From Spirochaetia bacterium (GTDB lineage Bacteria; Spirochaetota; Spirochaetia; SZUA-6; Bin103), in the NCBI GenBank assembly GCA_965198005.1, contig CBDAOI010000002.1:800001-864000 (forward strand): a DNA stretch of 64,000 bases, read 5' to 3'. The position numbers and the translations under genes are program-made. A model generated the notes under the pieces. The model had not been told where the DNA came from. It saw only the letters and a list, made by a program, of their open reading frames with translations, and ran no database searches. Of the stretch, positions 41,368-51,004 are shown piece after piece. Position 1 is the first letter of the stretch, and each line of letters starts with the position of its first letter.

Positions 41368-41718
41368 ATGGCTGACCACTCCCTTGCGACTCAGATCGGC
41401 AACCGGGTGACCCTGACCGGGCACTTCGACGTGCCGGTGGTCCTGGAGGATGTACGGCCCCTGGGCGCGAACGGGTCGGCCGGATACGAGTGCCGCGTCC
41501 GCTTGCCGGACGGCGCGCTTGAAGAGGCGGTCATCTCTCCCGACGAAGCTCTGGCGATTCTCGGCACGGAAGAGAAGGCCGCGGCGAGACCCGCAGACGC
41601 GGAGCGCGTGCGTCTGCTGATAGAGTCCGCCCGTATCCGTCTGGCCTACGCCTACGACCGCCAGTTCGCGGTCAGCCTTTCCGGAATCCGCACGCTGCCG
41701 CACCAGATCGAAGCGGTC
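41368..41718 (+). pseudogene. N-terminus of a SNF2-family helicase of DUF1156/DUF499-associated type
   Basis: ADAERVRLLIESARIRLAYAYDRQFAVSLSGIRTLPHQIEAV. It breaks immediately after the Q-motif. Confidence 0.75.
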
Positions 41719-41719
41719 T

Positions 41720-42220
41720 TTCTGCGCGTCGATTACGGAGACGCCATGCTGGTCGAGGTCGTAGTCCATGGCATGCGCCACCGCATACACGATCAGGTAA
41801 TCGGCTTGCCCTTCGACAATCAGCCAGCGCTCCGCGAAAAAGAACAACGGTAACCCGGCTACCTTCGCAGCATTGGCGCGGGCGCTGGACATTCCCTGGC
41901 TGGCAGTGTTCGATGGCGACACCGTGGGGCAAGGATTCGTTCAAGCCATCGAAAACCGAGGATTCGATGCAGCCGAATCAATGGAACGCTGTCGCACCCA
42001 TCCGGACGGCGATCTGGAGACGCAGCTCGTCGCCGACGGACTTGGAGCGGAGTTGCGTGAGACTTTGGCGGCGGTCGGTATTCAGCATGCGCGTTTGCGG
42101 GACAATAAGACTACCTATGCAGCGGCGTTCGCGGCACGGATTCGTGGCGACACCGAATTGGCGCAACGCACGCCGGAGGCGTTCCGAGCTGCCGTCAAAC
42201 AACTGCGGGGATTGGTGTGA
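41720..42220 (+). pseudogene. OLD-family TOPRIM nuclease C-terminus (GajA-like), first 125 bp inverted
   Basis: Minus strand 41720-41844 reads FFFAERWLIVEGQADYLIV...LDQHGVSVIDAQ. The plus strand continues NNGNPATFAALARALDIPWLAVFDGD...DLETQL. Its stop overlaps the UvrD start. Confidence 0.8.
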
Positions 42221-44139
42221 TGGCGAGCCATCTCGAGACCACCTTGCAAGAACTATCGGACATTCAGCGGAAGGCCGTGGAGTGGGACAACGGCCCTCTA
42301 CTCGTGCTGGCCGGTCCCGGTTCCGGCAAGACCCGCGTGCTCACTTGTCGGGTCGCCCGCCTGCTGCATCGATCGCCAGACGAGCGCTTCCGCGTTCTGG
42401 CGCTGACGTTCGCCACCAAGGCCGCCCACGAGATGGCGAGCCGCGTGACCACCCTTGCGCCCGGGCTCGAAGAACGCGCAGACATCCACACCTTCCACAG
42501 CTTCTGCGCACAGGTCCTGCGCCAGCATGGCGTGCATCTCGGCATCAAGCCCGACTTCGCGATCTACTCCCGGACATCCGACCGACAAGCCGTGTTGGAC
42601 GATGCCCTCGGGCGCGACTCCCACCATGTCGAGCGCGCGGACCGCCGGCTGTTGCCGCTGATCGACACCCTGAAGGCCCGGCTGGTCGGCCCGGAACAAG
42701 CTGAAAAGAGGGTTACCGAAAGGAACAACGCGTCGCCCGATGCAGCCTGCCGCGTGGCCCACGCTTACCGCCTGTACGAGGACGAACTTCGCCGCGCCAA
42801 CGCATTGGACTTCAACTCGCTCATATTCAAGGCGTACGAACTCTTCGCGTATCCGGCGATGGCCCGCCATTATCAGACAGTGTACCGGTACTGGATCATT
42901 GACGAATTCCAGGACACGAACGGCGCCCAATACGAGATTCTGCGGCGCATGGCAGGCGCGAACTTTCGCCAGATCTTCGCCGTGGCCGACGACGACCAGA
43001 CCATCTACGAGTGGAATGGCGCCAACGTCCGGCGGATCAGTACCCTGGTGGACAACTTCGCCTGTGAAGTCGTGCAACTGCCAACCAACTACCGCTGCCC
43101 GCCGCGCATCGTGGAGGCGGCCAATCGTCTCGTCGTGTACAATGCCCGGCGCGCCGAGTCGAAACGCCCGGCACAAGCGGCGCAGCGGAGTCGTTCTCTC
43201 GACAACCAGCAGATTCGGTGCCGCGTGTTCGAGACATGTGCGGACGAAGTACAGGGCATTGCCGGCGAGATTGCCTGTGTCGATGTCGCCGCACGCGGCC
43301 AGACGCTGGTGCTGTGCAGGACCCGGGCACTACTGGAGTTGATGGGGCAAGCCCTGCAAGCTAAGCGTGTCCCGGCGACGATTCTGGTGCGCCGCGACGA
43401 CTTTACGTCGCCCAAGATGAGGTGGCTGGTCGCCTGCCTCAAGCAGATCAACCGGCCGCTCGACCGGCGCAACATGGCCACGGTGGCCGAGACGTTTGGC
43501 AGCTTCGCGCCTGTCCCCCTGGACTTCGACGAGCTGTTGTCCCGGTCGGCGGTGGAGGATATGACGTACCTGTCGGTATGGACGAATGCAGCACGCCAAG
43601 CCGGGTTGCCGTCGCCCGCCGCGGAGATCGTCGACCTGGTTGCGGGTCTCGCCAGCGGAGACCTGAACCTCGCATCGGCAGCCGAGAATATCCTCAGTCA
43701 CTTCGAAAGCGATGAGTCCGACGAAGACCTCAAGGACGACCTCAGCGCGTGGCGCAGGTTGTGGGGTGAAATCATATCTGCTGTTGGGCCAACGTCGCTC
43801 GACCGATTTCTTCAGGAGCTGGAGCTACGCTCCAAGGAACCCGTTTCGACACCGGGAGCGGTCTCCCTCGCAACCATTCACGGCGCCAAGGGCCTGGAGT
43901 TTGACACCGTCTACTTGATCGGCATGGCGGAGGAGGTTCTGCCGTCCTGGCACAGTGTCATGCAGAGTAACGGCAGCGCCGCGCTGGAAGAGGAACGCCG
44001 CAACTGCTTCGTTGCCATCACCCGAACGAAGAAGCGCCTGATCCTGTCGCGGGCGCGGCAGTACAAGGGATGGCTGAAACGGCCGTCGCGCTTTCTCGCG
44101 GAAATGGGCTTGCTAAACGACCACCACCATGCGCAGTGA
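42220..44139 (+). CDS. UvrD/REP superfamily 1 helicase (GajB-like context)
   Basis: AGPGSGKT, LTF..KAA, TFHSF, DEFQD, DDDQTIY.W, NYR, TIHGAKGLEFD and EERRNCFVAITR. Confidence 0.93.
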   Translation: MASHLETTLQELSDIQRKAVEWDNGPLLVLAGPGSGKTRVLTCRVARLLHRSPDERFRVLALTFATKAAHEMASRVTTLAPGLEERADIHTFHSFCAQVLRQHGVHLGIKPDFAIYSRTSDRQAVLDDALGRDSHHVERADRRLLPLIDTLKARLVGPEQAEKRVTERNNASPDAACRVAHAYRLYEDELRRANALDFNSLIFKAYELFAYPAMARHYQTVYRYWIIDEFQDTNGAQYEILRRMAGANFRQIFAVADDDQTIYEWNGANVRRISTLVDNFACEVVQLPTNYRCPPRIVEAANRLVVYNARRAESKRPAQAAQRSRSLDNQQIRCRVFETCADEVQGIAGEIACVDVAARGQTLVLCRTRALLELMGQALQAKRVPATILVRRDDFTSPKMRWLVACLKQINRPLDRRNMATVAETFGSFAPVPLDFDELLSRSAVEDMTYLSVWTNAARQAGLPSPAAEIVDLVAGLASGDLNLASAAENILSHFESDESDEDLKDDLSAWRRLWGEIISAVGPTSLDRFLQELELRSKEPVSTPGAVSLATIHGAKGLEFDTVYLIGMAEEVLPSWHSVMQSNGSAALEEERRNCFVAITRTKKRLILSRARQYKGWLKRPSRFLAEMGLLNDHHHAQ

Positions 44140-44345
44140 GGGGAAGAGGTCCGTTGTGACGACCGATGACTGCCGACTGATTGAGGACTACCTGCCGCTG
44201 AACGTGCTCAACGCTATTGCGGGGAGGGAGAAGAAGCATCCGAAACGGTACGTGGAGTTGGTTCACTACTGGCCGGCGCGCCGCCCGATTACTGCCTGCC
44301 GGGCCGCCATCTATGCCGCGCTGTCGGCGGCGCCTCGCACGGAGT
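44129..44345 (+). pseudogene. DUF1156 adenine methyltransferase N-terminal fragment
   Basis: RLIEDYLPL..LN..A.REK......VHYWPARRPITACRAAIYAAL. No methylase motifs follow. Confidence 0.8.
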
Positions 44346-44535
44346 GCGATCAACTATGTCGAACTATCCGACCTTCCGGACGCGCGTCTACGTTCGGTAC
44401 GTTCGGCAACCCGGCACGGGCCGCGCGGCGCGCGGGACAGACTGCGCCATGGGGTGTAGAATCAGGCCAACCACGGCCAGCGGGCTTCAGCAAGCTGGAG
44501 AAACCAGCCCGTTTGGCGCATTAGGACAATACAGC

Positions 44536-46134
44536 ATGCCCAGACTGACCGGCGGACAGGCGCTCGCGCGACAGTTGCGCGAGGAAGGCGTGCGGGTGAT
44601 CTTCGGACTGCCCGGCGTGCAGCTCTACCACCTGCTGGACGGCCTCTACGACCAGTCCGGCATCCGTTTCATCACCACCCGCCACGAGCAGGCAACCACC
44701 TACATGGCGGACGGCTACGCGCGCACCGGCGCCGGCATCGGCACCGCACTGGTGGTTCCCGGCCCCGGCCTGCAGAACGCCTCCGCCGGCATCGGCACCG
44801 CGTATTCCGCGTCCTCGCCGATCCTGGTGATTTCCGGGCAGGTGGAGCGCCGCCTGGTCGGGGGCGATCACGGCGCGTTGCACGAGATCAACGATCAACT
44901 CGATACGATCCGGCCGGTGATCAAGTGGGGCCGGCGGATTCTGCACGCGCGGGAGGTGCCGGAGGTGGTGCACGAAGCGTTCGTGCAACTCAAGTCGGGC
45001 CGCCCGCGCCCGGTGGAAATCGAGATCTCGCCCGAAACGCTGGCGGAGGAGGCGGAGGTCGAGCTGCTGGCGCCGGCCGCGGTAAACCGGCCCGCCGCCC
45101 CGACGGAGCAGATCGCGCGCGCCGTCGAGCTGCTGCGGAACGCGGCCAACCCGATGATCTGGGCCGGCGGCGGCGTGCACGCGGCGGACGCGCACGCGGC
45201 GCTGCTGCGGGTCGCGGAACACCTGCAGATTCCGGTGTACACCACCGCCGCCGGCAAGGGCGCCATCTCCGCCCGGCACCATCTGTCGATGGGGCCGACC
45301 AGCTTCCGCCGGGACCCGCACAAGGATCGTCTCGCCGAGCATGACCTGGTGTTCGCGGTGGGCAGCCGCCTGTTCCAACCCGGCGTGCCCGCCGGGCCGC
45401 AGGTGCTGCAGCTCGACGTCGACCCGGCCGAGATCGGGCGCAACTACGCGAACACGGTGGGCATGGCGGGCGACGCGCGCGCCACGCTGGAGCAGCTCTA
45501 CCACCGGCTGGTCCAGGCGACGCCCGCGCGGCCCAGCCGCACGGCGGAGTTGCAGGCGCGCCGGGCCGAACGGTTCCACCCCGACACCAAGCCGGAGCCG
45601 TTGCAGTCGTTCATGGACGCGATCCGTTCCGGCATCCCCGACGACGCCATCATCGTGCAGGGGTTCACCCAGCTCGGCTACTACAGCCGCGCCTATTGCC
45701 CGATCTACGAGCCGCGGTCGTACATCACCCCCGGCTACTTCGGGACGCTGGGCTACGCCTATCCCACTGCCCTGGGGGCCAAGGTCGCGCGGCCGGACAA
45801 GGTGGTGGTCGCCATCTCGGGCGACGGCGGCTTCATGTACAACGTGCAGGAGCTGGCCACGGCCGCCCGCTACGGGATCAACGCGGTGGTGATCGTGTTC
45901 AACGACAACGCGTTCGGCAACGTGCTGCGCGATCAGCGCACCCGCTTCAACGGCCGCGCCTACGGCTCGGAGCTGTCCAACCCCGACTTCATGAAGCTCG
46001 CCGACGCGTTCGGCGTGCGCGGCGTGCGGGTGGCCGAGGCCGACGCCCTGCAAGCGGCCCTGCAGGAGGCCTCGGCAACCGCGGCGCCGACCCTGATCGA
46101 GGTGCCGGTCGGCCCCCTGCCCTTCCCGTACTAG
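44536..46134 (+). CDS. Thiamine-pyrophosphate-dependent enzyme (acetolactate synthase-like)
   Basis: TGGQAL, IFGLPG, RHEQ..YMADGYAR, PGPG, GTLGY and GDGGF...N. Confidence 0.92.
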   Translation: MPRLTGGQALARQLREEGVRVIFGLPGVQLYHLLDGLYDQSGIRFITTRHEQATTYMADGYARTGAGIGTALVVPGPGLQNASAGIGTAYSASSPILVISGQVERRLVGGDHGALHEINDQLDTIRPVIKWGRRILHAREVPEVVHEAFVQLKSGRPRPVEIEISPETLAEEAEVELLAPAAVNRPAAPTEQIARAVELLRNAANPMIWAGGGVHAADAHAALLRVAEHLQIPVYTTAAGKGAISARHHLSMGPTSFRRDPHKDRLAEHDLVFAVGSRLFQPGVPAGPQVLQLDVDPAEIGRNYANTVGMAGDARATLEQLYHRLVQATPARPSRTAELQARRAERFHPDTKPEPLQSFMDAIRSGIPDDAIIVQGFTQLGYYSRAYCPIYEPRSYITPGYFGTLGYAYPTALGAKVARPDKVVVAISGDGGFMYNVQELATAARYGINAVVIVFNDNAFGNVLRDQRTRFNGRAYGSELSNPDFMKLADAFGVRGVRVAEADALQAALQEASATAAPTLIEVPVGPLPFPY

Positions 46135-46345
46135 CTGGCCTGCGGGGGCTGTGGGGGCAGTTCGACGAGTGGGTGCGTGCGCTGGCGGACACCGGCGACC
46201 TGTATCGCCCGCTGGCTTGGCCGCCCGCGCATGCTTATCGGTTCCTGCAGAGCGTGCCGGAGCTGGAGCAAAGCGGGCTGTCGGTACGGGTGCCCAACTG
46301 GTGGCGCAAGCGGTCGCGGCCACAGGTGTCGGTCACGATCGGCAC
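46135..46345 (+). pseudogene. Fragment of the N-terminal region of a second SNF2/DEAD-type helicase
   Basis: LADTGDLYRPLAWPPAHAYRFLQSVPELEQSGLSVRVPNWWRKRSRPQVSVTIG. Confidence 0.6.
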
Positions 46346-46394
46346 GCAGATGCCGGCGTGGGTGGGTGCCGATGCTGGAAGCGCTGCGCAGCGC

Positions 46395-46590
46395 CCCTAC
46401 CACCGTGAAGGAACCGGGCAAGACCGGAGCGCTGTGGCGTATCCACTGGAGCGTATGCCTGCCGTCGCTGGCGTGCGACTTCTTCAGGCTCACGCCAACC
46501 GAGGGGCCGGGCACCGGCGAATCGTTGGTTCAGTTCCCGATCCGCGCCGGCGATCATGTAGTGGCCGATCGCGGTTACTCGACGTCAGGG
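46395..46590 (+). mobile_element. IS4-family (DDE_Tnp_1) transposase internal fragment
   Basis: TTVKEPGKTGALWRIHWS..LPSL.CDFF.LT...G.GTGESL..F....GD.VVADRGYS. Confidence 0.7.
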
Positions 46591-46814
46591 TGCGAGCTGC
46601 AATGCAGATCGCCATGGACCTTGAAGAGATTAACGAGGAGTTCTTGAATGGCACAGGCGATTGGAAACCTCGAGGGATGATCGGCCCTTGGTGGGACGGG
46701 TACTTTGTCCCATTTGAAATTTCGTGGACGGTCCTACATTCGTAGCTCACGTCAGAAATAAGGGTTACGGCGGGATGACTCGTGGTCTTGCGGGTGCCGC
46801 GAATTACCCGACTC

Positions 46815-47046
46815 ACCAACTCTCCTGGCAATCGTAATTGGGCTGGTGATAGCCCTGCCGGTCGGCATCTACTCGGCGATCCGCCAGGATACGCTCACTG
46901 ACTACGTAGGGCGCACCATCGCCATCATCGGCCTGGCAACCCCTAACTTCTGGCTGGGAACCATGGTCATGGTCTACCCAGCAATCTGGTGGAACTGGTC
47001 GCCACCGATGAGGCTGATCGCTTTCTCCGAAGACCCGCTGGGGAAT
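46815..47046 (+). pseudogene. DppB-type permease internal fragment
   Basis: IALPVGIYSAIRQDTLTDYVGR..AIIGLATPNFWLG. Confidence 0.8.
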
Positions 47047-47066
47047 CATGAGACACGCCGTCAAGA

Positions 47067-47258
47067 ATGGCTGCGCCATGGCTCGCCCTCTGGCCTGGAT
47101 TTTGCCTGACCATTGTAGTTTATAGCCTGAACATGTTCGGCGACGCGGTGAGGGACCTGCTTGATCCCAGGCTGAGCGGTGGTGTTGGTGGTCTGGGAGC
47201 TCGCGGCATGAAGTTGGCCAAGCGAGCCATCAGGACAAGAGCAGAAAAAGGCCGATAA
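47067..47258 (+). pseudogene. DppC-type permease C-terminal fragment
   Basis: APWLALWPGFCLTIVVYSLNMFGDAVRDLLDPRL. Confidence 0.8.
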
Positions 47259-47293
47259 TCAGAAGTAGATTCTCTATCATCAGGAGGTGAGCG

Positions 47294-47755
47294 ATGTTCA
47301 AGTTCAAACGGTTGGATCACATAGGATTGGCAACGGCCGATGCCGAAAGATTCATCGATTTCTACTGCGGAATCCTCGGCTTTGAAGTCCGGGAGCGGTG
47401 GACGGTGAAAGGCCTTGAGCGGTTGAAAGAGGTGGCCAACCTTTCGCTCAACGCCCCGAAGGCCGGGGAAGATGGCCCGATCCTCGAACTGTTTTCGATC
47501 GACCCGGAGGCGCCGGCCGATCCCGATTACAAGGAACCTGCGCTGGAGCAGACCGGCTTTCGGCTCCTCGCGCTCGAAGTTGACGACGATGACATGGACG
47601 AAGCGATTGCCTATCTCGAGAGTAAGGGCATCGAAGTCCATTCGGCGCACCCGACCAATCCGGCTCGCTGGTTCAGGGACCCGGACGGGAACCAGATCGT
47701 CGTCTTCCCCTCCAGCGTCTATCAGATGTACCAGCGACTGGACGAAACGCATTAG
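47294..47755 (+). CDS. VOC/glyoxalase family protein
   Basis: LDHIGL, FY..ILG, LELF and WFRDPDGN; AGGAGG RBS. Confidence 0.88.
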   Translation: MFKFKRLDHIGLATADAERFIDFYCGILGFEVRERWTVKGLERLKEVANLSLNAPKAGEDGPILELFSIDPEAPADPDYKEPALEQTGFRLLALEVDDDDMDEAIAYLESKGIEVHSAHPTNPARWFRDPDGNQIVVFPSSVYQMYQRLDETH

Positions 47756-47813
47756 AATTAGATTAGTGCGCTTCTTGATGGCGGAAGCGCTCACCTCGCC
47801 GGCTGCGCACGGT

Positions 47814-49211
47814 CTACTCGTAGGCGTAGCTGCTGCCGCCGATGAACTCGCGCAGCAGCGAGTCGGACGGGACGATGCTCTCGTCGCGCCATTCGGGGAG
47901 CTGGTCGAACACGGCGGCGACGCGCCGGAGGCGGCTGCGGGCGTCGTCGTAGTCGCTGTCGCCGGAGGCGGCGAGGTGCGCGGCGAGCGCCTCCAGGTCG
48001 CCGGCCAGACGCGCCTTGAGGATCGGCAGCTCGTAGGCCAGGAAGCTGTTGACGATGGCGTCGGCGGTGTGCAGCCGGGCGATGATGTGGCGCACTTCGG
48101 CGCGCCGCACGTACTGCCAGTGGAGCACGGTCTGGCGCGCGTCGTAGTTGCGGAACTGGCGGTCGCGCACGATCCGGCGCAGCAGGCGCAGGTCCGGCCA
48201 GCGCACGAACGCGCCGCCCTCATCCTTGAGCTGGGACAGGGTCTCGACGTAGACGCCGACCTTGAGCTCATCCGGGATGCCGCGCGTCAGCTCCGGATAC
48301 AGGCCGTGCAGCGAATCGATCAGCACCGCCGCGTCCGGGTCCACCTGCACCGGCTGCGCCGCCGGGTACTGCCGGCCGCGCTTGAAGTCGTAGTGCGGGA
48401 TGCGCACCGTCTCACCGGCCAGGATGCGCGTCAGGTCGTGGTTGAACTGCTCCAGGTCGAGCGCCTGCGGGGTCTCGAAGTCGTAGTCGCCGCGCGGGTC
48501 GCGCGGATGCTGCTCGAGATCGTAGAAGTAGTTGTCCGCCGCAATCGCGTGCAGCCGCCAGCCGAGGTGCTCCAGACGTTGCCGCAGCTTCAGCGTGGTG
48601 GTGGTCTTGCCCGAGGCCGACGGGCCGGCCACGATCACCACCCGCGGCCGCGGGTCGCGCGCGGTGACCGCCGCCACCGCGCCGTCGATCTGGTGGCGGT
48701 AGAACTCCTCGGAGGCCTCGACCAGCGCGCGGTAGCCGCCGCCGTCGACCGCCGCGGCGAGGTCGGCCAGCCGGGTGCAGGCGTGGTCCACCGTCCACGA
48801 CAGCGTCTCCCACAGCACCTTGTAGGGGATGTTGCCGAACGAGTAGGTCAGCGAGGGGCGGCCCCGGCGCTTCAAGGCGTGCTCGTAGCGGTAGATGATG
48901 TAGGCCTTGGCGGTGCGCGCGTGACCGCGTTCGATCAGCACCTTCTCCACCAGGTCCTGCACTTCCTCCACGGTGGGCACGACGCCGGTGGCGCCCGCCG
49001 CACCGGCGGCAGCACCGCCGGCAGCACCGCCCGCCGCCGCCGCGCGCCGTTCCAGCAGCGCGGCCACCTCGCCGGCGACCAGCTCCGCCGGCGCCCGATC
49101 GCGGCCGCCGACCGCCACCGCGGCGCGGTACACCGCGAACGCGATCTTGTCGCGGTTGAACGGCACCAGCCGCCCGTCCCGCTTGACTATCGAAGGAAGC
49201 GAAGGAAGCAA
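47814..49211 (-). CDS. ATP-cone domain fused to a uridine/nucleoside kinase-like P-loop domain
   Basis: IVKRDGR..PF...KI...VEEVQD.VEK.L...G....AKAYI.YR is an ATP cone. AGPSASGKTTT, DNYF, YDFE...ALD, YDF..G and RL.RR.VRD...R are Udk-like. The start (TTG) is uncertain. Confidence 0.85.
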   Translation of the reverse strand: MLPSLPSIVKRDGRLVPFNRDKIAFAVYRAAVAVGGRDRAPAELVAGEVAALLERRAAAAGGAAGGAAAGAAGATGVVPTVEEVQDLVEKVLIERGHARTAKAYIIYRYEHALKRRGRPSLTYSFGNIPYKVLWETLSWTVDHACTRLADLAAAVDGGGYRALVEASEEFYRHQIDGAVAAVTARDPRPRVVIVAGPSASGKTTTTLKLRQRLEHLGWRLHAIAADNYFYDLEQHPRDPRGDYDFETPQALDLEQFNHDLTRILAGETVRIPHYDFKRGRQYPAAQPVQVDPDAAVLIDSLHGLYPELTRGIPDELKVGVYVETLSQLKDEGGAFVRWPDLRLLRRIVRDRQFRNYDARQTVLHWQYVRRAEVRHIIARLHTADAIVNSFLAYELPILKARLAGDLEALAAHLAASGDSDYDDARSRLRRVAAVFDQLPEWRDESIVPSDSLLREFIGGSSYAYE

Positions 49212-49221
49212 CCGAACAGAA

Positions 49222-51000
49222 TCAGCGGCGTTCGGCCACCCGTTGCCGGAACAGGTCCACGCACGCCTCGAACTCCAGCCCGCCGGTCTGCTCGCCCGAC
49301 CGGTCACGCAGCGAGACCGTGCCGGCCGCCTGCTCCTGCGCGCCCACGATCACCATGTACGGCACCTTCTGCCCCTGGGCGGTACGGATCTTGGCGCCCA
49401 TGCGGTTGTCGCTGAGGTCCGCCTCCACCCGGAAGCCGGCGCCGCCCAGGCGCGCGGCAACCGCGCCGGCATACTCGCCCGCCTTGGGGTTGACCGGGAT
49501 CACCACCGCCTGCACCGGCGCCAGCCACAGCGGAAACGCGCCGCCGTAGTGCTCGATCAGCACGCCCAGGAACCGCTCCAGCGCGCCGTGCAGGGCGCGG
49601 TGCACCATGAACGGGCGCCGCCGGGAGCCGTCGCGGTCGACGAACGACATGTCGAACCGTTCCGGCAGGTTGAAGTCGAACTGGATGGTGGTCATCTGCC
49701 ACAGCCGTCCCAGCGGGTCGCGCACGTGCAGGTCGATCTTGGGTCCGTAGAACGCGCCGCCGCCCTCGTCCACCTGGTACTCCAGCTCCTGCAGCTCGAT
49801 CGCCTGACGCAGCGACGCGGTGGCCCGGTCCCAACTGGCGTCGTCGCCCACCGCCTTGTCCGGCCGCGTGGACAGATGCGCGACCAGGTCGTGGAACCCG
49901 TACGCCTGCCACATGCGTATCGAGAACCGCAGCACCTCCCGGATCTCATCCTCGATCTGCTCCGGCGCACAGAAGATGTGGGCGTCGTCCTGGGTCAGGC
50001 CGCGCACCCGCAACGTGCCGTGCAGCGTGCCCGAACGCTCGTAGCGGTACACCGTGCCCAGCTCCGCCCAGCGCACCGGCAGGTCGCGGTAGGAGCGGAG
50101 GTCGCTCTTGTAGATCATGATGTGGAACGGACAGTTCATCGGCTTGAGGTAGTAGCTGTTGTTGTCCAGCTCCATCTTCGGGAACATGTTGGCGGCGTAG
50201 AAGTCGAGGTGGCCCGAGGTGCGCCACAGCCACTCGCGGCCGACGTGCGGGGTGTTGACCAGCTCGTAGCCGCCGGCGTAGTGCTGCTGCTTCCAGAAGT
50301 CCTCAATGATCGAACGCAGCCGGGCGCCCTTGGGATGCCAGAAGATCAGTCCCGGGCCCACCTGCTCCTGCACCGAGAACAGGCCCAGCTCCCGCCCCAG
50401 CCGGCGGTGGTCGCGCTGCTCGATCTGCACCAGCCGCTCCAGGTAGGCGGCCAGTTCCTGCTCGGTCTCCCAGGCGGTACCGTAGATGCGCTGCAGCATC
50501 GGCCGCCGCTCGTCGCCGCGCCAGTACGCTCCGGCGCTGCCGGTGAGCTTGAACGCGCGCGCGTTGAGCTCGCGCGTGCTGGCGACGTGCGGGCCGCGGC
50601 ACAGATCGGTGAAGCTGTCCTGCGTGAACTGCGAGATCTCCTCCCCCTCCGGGATATCGCCGATCAGCTCCAGCTTGTACGGCTGCCCGGCATACCGCTC
50701 CAACGCCTCGGCGCGGCTGATCACGCTGCGCTCGAAGCGGTGATCGCCGCCCAGGATGCGCCGCATGCGCGTCCCGGTCTGCTCCAGATCCTCCGGGGTG
50801 AGCGGGCGCGGCAGATCGAAGTCGTAGTAGAAGCCGTCCGCGATCGGGGGGCCGATCGCCAGCTTGGCGTCGGGAAACAGCTCCAGCACCGCCTCCGCCA
50901 TCACGTGGGCAAACGAGTGGCGGATGCGGTACAGACGGTCGGCGCCGGCGGCGGCGACCGCCACGTCGCCGGCTACGCCGCCGGGCGGATGAGCGGCCAC
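49222..51000 (-). CDS. thrS: Threonine--tRNA ligase (short form without TGS domain)
   Basis: RHS.AH, IGPPI..GFYYDF, DLCRGPH, RDHR.LG, KPMNCP.H, YRYE.SG.LHG, AFYGPKID and HRA..G..ERF. Confidence 0.97.
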   Translation of the reverse strand: MAAHPPGGVAGDVAVAAAGADRLYRIRHSFAHVMAEAVLELFPDAKLAIGPPIADGFYYDFDLPRPLTPEDLEQTGTRMRRILGGDHRFERSVISRAEALERYAGQPYKLELIGDIPEGEEISQFTQDSFTDLCRGPHVASTRELNARAFKLTGSAGAYWRGDERRPMLQRIYGTAWETEQELAAYLERLVQIEQRDHRRLGRELGLFSVQEQVGPGLIFWHPKGARLRSIIEDFWKQQHYAGGYELVNTPHVGREWLWRTSGHLDFYAANMFPKMELDNNSYYLKPMNCPFHIMIYKSDLRSYRDLPVRWAELGTVYRYERSGTLHGTLRVRGLTQDDAHIFCAPEQIEDEIREVLRFSIRMWQAYGFHDLVAHLSTRPDKAVGDDASWDRATASLRQAIELQELEYQVDEGGGAFYGPKIDLHVRDPLGRLWQMTTIQFDFNLPERFDMSFVDRDGSRRRPFMVHRALHGALERFLGVLIEHYGGAFPLWLAPVQAVVIPVNPKAGEYAGAVAARLGGAGFRVEADLSDNRMGAKIRTAQGQKVPYMVIVGAQEQAAGTVSLRDRSGEQTGGLEFEACVDLFRQRVAERR

Positions 51001-51004
51001 GGGG

